Shown: in pieces, positions 58,021 to 64,000 of the stretch | Layout: each line of letters begins with the position of its first letter | How positions within the stretch are numbered: position 1 is the first letter of the stretch | Assembly: GCA_047601445.1 (NCBI GenBank) | Contig: JASGJH010000001.1 | Location: 2,272,001-2,336,000 of the forward strand | From: Myxococcales bacterium | GTDB lineage: Bacteria; Myxococcota_A; Polyangia; Polyangiales; DASUME01 | Reading direction: 5' to 3' | Length of the DNA: 64,000 nucleotides | Program-made: the position numbers and the translations under genes | The notes under the pieces: generated by a model | Databases searched by the model: none | What the model saw: only the letters and a program-made list of their open reading frames with translations | What the model was told of the DNA's origin: nothing

Positions 58021-59850
58021 TTAGCGGGTGATCTGTTTGAGCACGGAGGACGCGCGCTTGCGGACGTCCTTCGAAGGATCGTGCGACGCAGCCCGCTTGA
58101 GGGCGGACACCGCGCTGCGCCCGATGTCGCGCACCAAGAGCGTGCGCGCGCGGGCATACACCTTGTCGACGCCCAGGGCCTTGATGGCATCACGCTGCAC
58201 GCGCGGGTTCTTCTTGATGCCGCTCGAGAGCTTGATTGCCTCGCGATACTTGGCGAGACCGTCCGACCACCAGTTCTTGTCGATATAGAGGTTGCCGAGC
58301 ATCAGGGGCAGCATCGGGTTGTGCGGAGTCTGCCGGCGCAGCTGCTGGATACCGCGGATGGCTGCGTCCACCTTGCCCTTGGCGACCAGCGCCTTGACCT
58401 CACCGAGGGAGCTGACTTTCGGCTCTCCGGGCTCGGCTGGCAGCGTAACTTCGCGCTCCTCGGTCTCGTTGAGCGCTTCGTCGGCAGCCGCGAGGGCCGC
58501 GTCGCTGAAGTCCATCTCGTCGCCGTCGCCCGCAGGCACCGCCTCGGCCGCGCCTTCGTTTTCGTTGGGCGTCGACGGCGCGGGCGCCTGAACGGGCGCA
58601 CTCGGCTCCTCCTGCGGGTCGGGCTTGGACGTGCCCGGCGAAGCAGCCAGAGCAGGCGTTGGCGGAGCTTCGGTGCGACCCAGCGCAGCGGGCGGCTGTT
58701 CCTCCGGCGTTTGCGGTCCAGCAGCGACAGCTTCGGTGCGGGGCTGCGAGCGCCACCAGATCACCGCGGCTAGCAGCAGGAGCAACATCACGGTGCCGCG
58801 CATGAGGCTGCGCGGCTTGCGGGGCTTGACGGGCACGGGCGCCACGGGAGCCTGCAAGCCCGCGCCTGAACCGGTTTGGAGCCCGCTGACGGACATGGTG
58901 GCGGAGCGCGACTGCGAGCGATCACTGGCGGGCGCCGTAGCCAGCGTCTCGGCAGTCTCCAGCTTGGCTTGCGCCGCTGCGGGGCCCGACAGGCGCCACT
59001 CCGGGGTGGACTCGATGGCGACCACGAAGTCCGACGCGGTTTGGAAGCGCTTCTCCGGCTCCTTCTCGAGGGCCCGGGCCACCAGGGCCTCGAGCTCCCA
59101 GGACAACTCGGGTGCCAGCTCGCGCAGGCGTGGCGGCATTTGATCGCGCTGCATCATCAGGATCTCGTAGGCCTCGCCGCCCTGAAACGGCTTTTGCCCC
59201 GTGAGCATCTCGAACAGCACCACGCCCGCGGCGTAGAGGTCGACGCGCGCGTCCACTTTCTCGGCCCGGGTCTGCTCCGGCGCCATGTACGCGGGCGTTC
59301 CGACGATGGCCGCCATCGAGGGTTCGCCGTCGAGCTCCGGATCGTGCAGCTTCGCCAAACCGAAGTCGAAGATGCGCACGTGGTCACCGAGACCCGTGGC
59401 CTCGCCCAGCATGATGTTCCCGGGCTTGATGTCGCGATGGATGACGCCCTGACCATGGGCATGCGACAAGCCAGCGAGCAGCTGACGCGTGATGTCGAGC
59501 GCGCGGCGCGCGTGCAGCCGCCCCTCGTCCATGACCTCGCGCAGGGTTCGTCCAGTAACGAAGTCCATCACGATGTACGGAGCGCGATCGTGCACCCCGA
59601 AATCCAGCACCGACACGCAATAGGGATGCGAAAGCTTGCTCATCGCGCGCGCTTCACGCTGGAAGCGCTGCACGAAGCGGCTCGAGTGCGCGTAGGGCGA
59701 ATGCAGGAATTTGATCGCCACCGGCCGGCCCAGCTCGAGGCGCTCACCCCGATAAACGAGGCCCATTCCGCCTTCTCCGAGCTGCTGCGTGATTCGGTAG
59801 CGCCCGTTCAGCACAAGGCCTACGCGCACGTCTGGCTGGATCGACTCCAT
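58021..59850 (-). CDS. Membrane Ser/Thr protein kinase with C-terminal TPR/HEAT-like domain
   Basis: LGEGGMGLVY, VAIK, HRDIKPGN, DFG and GTPAYMAPEQ; TM VMLLLLLAAVIWW; helical tail LMLGNLY...YREAIKL and DPSKDVRKRA. Confidence 0.95.
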   Translation of the reverse strand: MESIQPDVRVGLVLNGRYRITQQLGEGGMGLVYRGERLELGRPVAIKFLHSPYAHSSRFVQRFQREARAMSKLSHPYCVSVLDFGVHDRAPYIVMDFVTGRTLREVMDEGRLHARRALDITRQLLAGLSHAHGQGVIHRDIKPGNIMLGEATGLGDHVRIFDFGLAKLHDPELDGEPSMAAIVGTPAYMAPEQTRAEKVDARVDLYAAGVVLFEMLTGQKPFQGGEAYEILMMQRDQMPPRLRELAPELSWELEALVARALEKEPEKRFQTASDFVVAIESTPEWRLSGPAAAQAKLETAETLATAPASDRSQSRSATMSVSGLQTGSGAGLQAPVAPVPVKPRKPRSLMRGTVMLLLLLAAVIWWRSQPRTEAVAAGPQTPEEQPPAALGRTEAPPTPALAASPGTSKPDPQEEPSAPVQAPAPSTPNENEGAAEAVPAGDGDEMDFSDAALAAADEALNETEEREVTLPAEPGEPKVSSLGEVKALVAKGKVDAAIRGIQQLRRQTPHNPMLPLMLGNLYIDKNWWSDGLAKYREAIKLSSGIKKNPRVQRDAIKALGVDKVYARARTLLVRDIGRSAVSALKRAASHDPSKDVRKRASSVLKQITR

Positions 59851-60135
59851 CGAGTGACGAGAGCCTATCAGGTTCCCCCCCTGGGCAGCGAGGTTCTGCC
59901 TGCACACATCCTGAGAGAAATGAGGATTTCTGCGACCTTACGCGGTTCAACGGGGGCGGCCCGCGCGATCGTCCGACGCCCCCTAGACCGCTTTGGGGGT
60001 CCGGCCCGGCTCAGAGGCGGAAGCGGCCCCCCCGTGGGCTAGCCACGAGAGATGGGGGCTGTGGAGGCAGCTGGGCCTCGGCGGCCGAGGGACGATCGGA
60101 AGGTGGTGGGTGGGGGCGTCAAACAGGGGGCGTCG

Positions 60136-60196
60136 GTGTTCACGTCGCCGTTCAGGTCAACGTTGGTCGTCCTCGTCCTCGTCCTCGTGCTCGTCC
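60136..60196. repeat. Degenerate hexamer repeats, (CTCGTC)n and GTTCAC/GTCAAC
   Basis: TCGTCCTCGTCCTCGTCCTCGTGCTCGTCC, preceded by GTGTTCACGTCGCCGTTCAGGTCAACGTT. Confidence 0.6.
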
Positions 60197-60256
60197 CCCC
60201 CTCCCCCTCCTCATTTGACTTCTCTTTTCCCTCCCCCAACGCTTGCCGCCCTCCCG

Positions 60257-61150
60257 ATGTCGCCGGCTCTGGTTCTCGTCGTCCTGCTACTCCTCGCCGG
60301 CTACCTGGCGCGCCGACTCTCTCGCTTCCCGGAGCACAGCTCCGACGTCCTCAATCGCTTCGTCATCGACGTGTGTTTGCCCGCGGTCATCCTCCGCGTG
60401 GTGCCCTCGCTGACGCTGCGCTGGGATCTCCTCATCCTGGTCCTCGTCCCGTGGTCGCTCGCGGCGCTCGGCTACCTCTTCGCGCGCCTGCTCGCGCGGA
60501 GCCTCGGCTTCGACCGCCATACCGAGGCCGCCGTGTTCGTGTGCACCGCGCTTGGAAACACCTCGTTTCTAGGCTTTCCTCTCGTCCAAGCCTTGCTCGG
60601 TGAGGCCGCGCTGCCTTTCGCCACCGTCTACGACCAGCTCGGCAGCTTTCTGCTCCTCTGCATCGTGTTGCCCGTGGCGCTCGCCCAGGCGGCCGGCAGC
60701 GCGCGCCCTGCGCCGCGCGAGCTCATGAAGCGAATCGCCACGTTTCCTCCGTTCATCGCGCTGATGGCCTCGCTCATCCCCTGGACGCAGCCCGCCTGGT
60801 TTCAAAGCGTGCTCCTGCAGATTGGGAACGCACTCGTCCCCAGCGCCATGTTCGCCGTGGGCCTGCGCCTGCGCATCACGCCCCCGAAGCAGGGCCTCGC
60901 GTTCGTGTGCGCACTGGCGACCAAGCTGGTGCTGATGCCGCTCTGCGCGTTCGGCATCGCCCGCGCACTGAACACGCCCCATGACGTCCTGCAGGTCGTC
61001 GTGCTCGAGAGCGCCATGCCCGCGATGATCTCCGCCGGCGCAGCGGTGATGGCCGCGGGGGTCGCCGTGGAGCTCACCGCCGCGCTCGTCGGCTGGGGCA
61101 TTCTGGCGAGCCTCGTCACGACCAGCGTTTGGGCCCAATTCCTGCGCTGA
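60257..61150 (+). CDS. AEC-family (auxin efflux carrier/malate permease) transporter
   Basis: LNRFVIDVCLPA, GNTSFLGFP, AMFAVG, KLVLMP and VLESAMPA. Confidence 0.92.
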   Translation: MSPALVLVVLLLLAGYLARRLSRFPEHSSDVLNRFVIDVCLPAVILRVVPSLTLRWDLLILVLVPWSLAALGYLFARLLARSLGFDRHTEAAVFVCTALGNTSFLGFPLVQALLGEAALPFATVYDQLGSFLLLCIVLPVALAQAAGSARPAPRELMKRIATFPPFIALMASLIPWTQPAWFQSVLLQIGNALVPSAMFAVGLRLRITPPKQGLAFVCALATKLVLMPLCAFGIARALNTPHDVLQVVVLESAMPAMISAGAAVMAAGVAVELTAALVGWGILASLVTTSVWAQFLR

Positions 61151-61267
61151 CCCGAGGCGTCACTCGGGACCTCGTGTGACACGTCAGAACATCGTCCCGG
61201 CGAGGTGCCGGCGTCCATTGGTCACTTCAGTGAAATCCGAGGCCCTTCGCAGTAGGATCGAAGAGTC

Positions 61268-63166
61268 ATGTCGCCGCCGAGCATTCCGAGCCGTCGTCCG
61301 CGCGCGCCCTTCGAAGCCTCCTTCGCTCCCGAGCCCGTCAGCAACACACCACGCTCGAATCAGGCCTTCCTGTTCGAGATCGCCTGGGAGGTGTGCAATC
61401 TGGTGGGCGGAATTTACCAGGTGCTGCGCTCCAAAGCCCCGCTCATGGGGGAGCGCTGGGGGAACCGCTACTGCGTGGTTGGCCCCTATATTGCGTCCAA
61501 AGCGGGTCTCGAGTTCGAGGAGAGCGAAGCCACCGGTTACTTCGCCCGCCTCGTCGAGCGCGTGCAAGCGGCCGGCGTGCGTGTGCATCACGGTCACTGG
61601 CTGATCCAGGGCAAGCCTCGAGCGCTGCTGCTGGAGCTCTGGGACCTCAACTCGTCGCTGGGCGAGCTCAAGTACCTGCTCTGGGAGCAGTCGGGCATCG
61701 CCTGTCCAGCAGGCGACCAGGTGGTGGACGAAGCCGTGCTCTTCGCGGCAGCGGTGCAGCGCCTGTTGGCGGCGGCTTGCACGGAAGCGGCCGCCAGCCG
61801 CGGCGGATCCGACCCGGGTGAACTCGTCCCCGAGCGCCTGGTGGCCCATTTCCACGAGTGGCAGGGCGGAGCGGCGATTCCCGCGGTGCGGCGCGCGCAG
61901 CTGCCGGTGGCGACGGTGTTTACGACCCACGCCACCATGCTCGGCCGCTACATCGCCTCCAACGAGGACGGTTTCTACGACCGGTTGCCCTGGATCGACC
62001 ATGCGGACGCGGCGGCTCGCTACAACATCCGGGCCCAGCACAGCATCGAGCGCGCCTGTGCGCACGGTGCCCATGTGTTCACCACGGTCTCGCAGATCAC
62101 GGCCGAGGAGTGCACGTCACTGCTGGGGCGCACCCCCGACCTGATCACGCCCAATGGCCTGACCATCTCGCGGTACAACGTGGGCCACGATTTCCAGACC
62201 TTTCATGCGGACTTCAAGGCCCGTGTGCACGCCTTCACCACGGGCTACTTCTTCCCTAACCACCGCTTCGATCTCGACCGCACCCTCTACATGTTCACCA
62301 GTGGTCGCTACGAGCCGCGCAACAAGGGCTTCGACGTGTGCCTCGAGGCCATGGCGCGCTTGAACGCCGAGCTCTCGGCCGCCCAGCTCGGGGTCACCGT
62401 CGTGTTCTTCATCATCACGCCCAGGCCCACACGCTCGATCAACCCGCTGATGCTCGAGAAGCGCGGCGTGCTGAACGAACTCGAGAACGTGTGCGAGAAG
62501 ATCCTCGAAGAAGTGGGCGACCGCATGGTGCGCAACGCGGCCTTCGGCGAGAGCCTGCACCTGGACGACCTCGTGGATGAGCACTGGCGGCTGCGCTACC
62601 GGCGCATGCAGGCGGCCTTCCGTATGGACAACCTGCCGCCCATCGTCACGCACATCCTCAAGGACGACCGCAACGATCCGGTGTTGAATCAGATCAACTT
62701 CCTGGGCCTGCTCAACCGCCGCGAGGACGCGGTCAAGGTCGTCTACCATCCCGAGTTCATCGCGCCCACCAACCCGTTGTGGGGCATCGAGTACGAGCAG
62801 TTCGTGCGCGGCTGTCACCTGGGACTCTTTCCGAGCGCCTACGAGCCCTGGGGCTACACGCCCCTCGAGTGCATGGCCATGGGCACGCCTTCGGTGTCGA
62901 GCGACCTGGCGGGCTTCGGGCGTTACGTGAACGACGTGCTGCCCGATGCAGGGCATTCCGGGCTCACCGTGCTGGCCCGCCGTGGTCGGGGCTTTCACGA
63001 AGCCGCCGCCGACCTCACGCGGCACCTACTCGAGTTCTGCCGGCTGACGCGCCGTGATCGAGTGAACTTGCGCAACGAGGTCGAGCGCAGGTCCTGGGAC
63101 TTCGACTGGTCGCGACTCGGGCACGCCTATCACAGCGCCCACGACCTGGCGTTGTCGCGCATCTGA
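61268..63166 (+). CDS. Glycogen synthase, GT3 (eukaryote-type) family
   Basis: LFEIAWEVCNLVGGIYQV, HFHEW, FTTHATMLGR, FTTVSQIT, PNG, GRYEPRNKG and FPSAYEPWGYTPLEC. Confidence 0.92.
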   Translation: MSPPSIPSRRPRAPFEASFAPEPVSNTPRSNQAFLFEIAWEVCNLVGGIYQVLRSKAPLMGERWGNRYCVVGPYIASKAGLEFEESEATGYFARLVERVQAAGVRVHHGHWLIQGKPRALLLELWDLNSSLGELKYLLWEQSGIACPAGDQVVDEAVLFAAAVQRLLAAACTEAAASRGGSDPGELVPERLVAHFHEWQGGAAIPAVRRAQLPVATVFTTHATMLGRYIASNEDGFYDRLPWIDHADAAARYNIRAQHSIERACAHGAHVFTTVSQITAEECTSLLGRTPDLITPNGLTISRYNVGHDFQTFHADFKARVHAFTTGYFFPNHRFDLDRTLYMFTSGRYEPRNKGFDVCLEAMARLNAELSAAQLGVTVVFFIITPRPTRSINPLMLEKRGVLNELENVCEKILEEVGDRMVRNAAFGESLHLDDLVDEHWRLRYRRMQAAFRMDNLPPIVTHILKDDRNDPVLNQINFLGLLNRREDAVKVVYHPEFIAPTNPLWGIEYEQFVRGCHLGLFPSAYEPWGYTPLECMAMGTPSVSSDLAGFGRYVNDVLPDAGHSGLTVLARRGRGFHEAAADLTRHLLEFCRLTRRDRVNLRNEVERRSWDFDWSRLGHAYHSAHDLALSRI

Positions 63167-63455
63167 TCCGTTCCCCGCCCCTGCGACTTCAGGCTGGTCC
63201 GCGGGACTTCGCGACCTGGCTCTCAAAGCACACTCGAAATCGGCGCGTTGCCTCCCCTGCGCGCTTCTCGGTGCAGGCGACTGAGGCGAAAGTCCGCACA
63301 TTCACGCTAACGGCTCGTCTCCCTTGCCGAAACGCCACAGTCCTACGCGGACCCGCTGCGCGCGCTTCAAAAAAAGTCGCGTGCTCGCTAACGCAGCATG
63401 GCGATCCATCGACCGACCGGCCAGGGATCACTCGTTCTTTCTTGGAGACCCGTTC

Positions 63456-64000
63456 ATGCGTGCTCGACCTCTGTTGGCTCCCCTGCTGCTGGCGCTCGTC
63501 CTGGTTGGCGCGCCAGCTTGTTCCACCGACCCTGCGACGGCCTCTGCGGCCGCCAAGACTCCACCCCCACCCACCGTGATCGTACAGACCGCCGCGCGGC
63601 ATCCGGTCTCGACCTCGACCGAGACGGTCGCGGTCCTCGACGGCTACGTGAATGCCGAGATTCGCGCGCGCGTACGTGGCTACCTCAAGTCCCAGCTCTT
63701 CAAGGACGGCGGCCAGGTCAAGACCGGCCAGCTGCTCTTCACCATCGACCCCAGCGAGTACAGCGCCGTGGTGGCGCAAGCCGAGGGCGCGCTCGGCAGA
63801 GCCGATGCGTTGGCCGAGAACAGCGAGCTCCAGCTCACCCGTGCCAACACGTTGATTCAGACCAACACCATCACGCAGCGGGCCGTCGAGGATGCCAACG
63901 CTGCGGCGGCGGACGCCAAGGGCCAACGCACCACGGCCAAGGCCACGCTCGAGCGCGCCAGGCTCGACCTGTCCTATACGCAGATCCGCTCGCCCATCGA
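63456..64000 (+). CDS. RND efflux periplasmic adaptor (MFP) lipoprotein, 3'-truncated by the window edge
   Basis: Manual translation from ATG 63456: MRARPLLAPLLLALVLVGAPAC...AEIRARVRGYLKSQLFKDGGQVKTGQLLFTIDP...ARLDLSYTQIRSPI. Confidence 0.9.
   Translation, partial: MRARPLLAPLLLALVLVGAPACSTDPATASAAAKTPPPPTVIVQTAARHPVSTSTETVAVLDGYVNAEIRARVRGYLKSQLFKDGGQVKTGQLLFTIDPSEYSAVVAQAEGALGRADALAENSELQLTRANTLIQTNTITQRAVEDANAAAADAKGQRTTAKATLERARLDLSYTQIRSPI

Overview
High-GC window that looks myxobacterial (Polyangiales/Sandaracinus-like). This is inferred from two Ser/Thr kinases, PEGA/TPR and DUF4388-like domains, (GD)n Cys-rich lipoproteins and sigma54-type promoters. It holds about 48 densely packed CDSs. 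Housekeeping genes: obgE, queG, rlmN, dapE, ndk and an S1-domain paralog. Also present are signalling proteins, a biuret catabolism cluster (biuH-cupin-atzF) with a divergent FmdC-like amide porin, an ABC-2 exporter, a GT3 (eukaryote-type) glycogen synthase and a UDPGP-family uridylyltransferase. I found no rRNA, tRNA, CRISPR array or transposase. The most notable unexplained structures are: (1) a structured intergenic element plus intrinsic terminator between biuH and the porin, a candidate riboswitch/attenuator; (2) a TPR-PEGA-fused TonB-dependent receptor directly upstream of a membrane Ser/Thr kinase, at the end of a tight co-oriented run with a sigma54-type promoter; (3) back-to-back sigma54-type promoters between a divergent nucleotidyltransferase/metallophosphoesterase pair; (4) an ~80-bp double-hairpin REP-like family found only at convergent gene junctions; (5) a secreted protein of ~30 aromatic proline-centred repeats; (6) a frameshifted lipoprotein gene. 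All family calls come from motif recognition by eye; no database searches were run.
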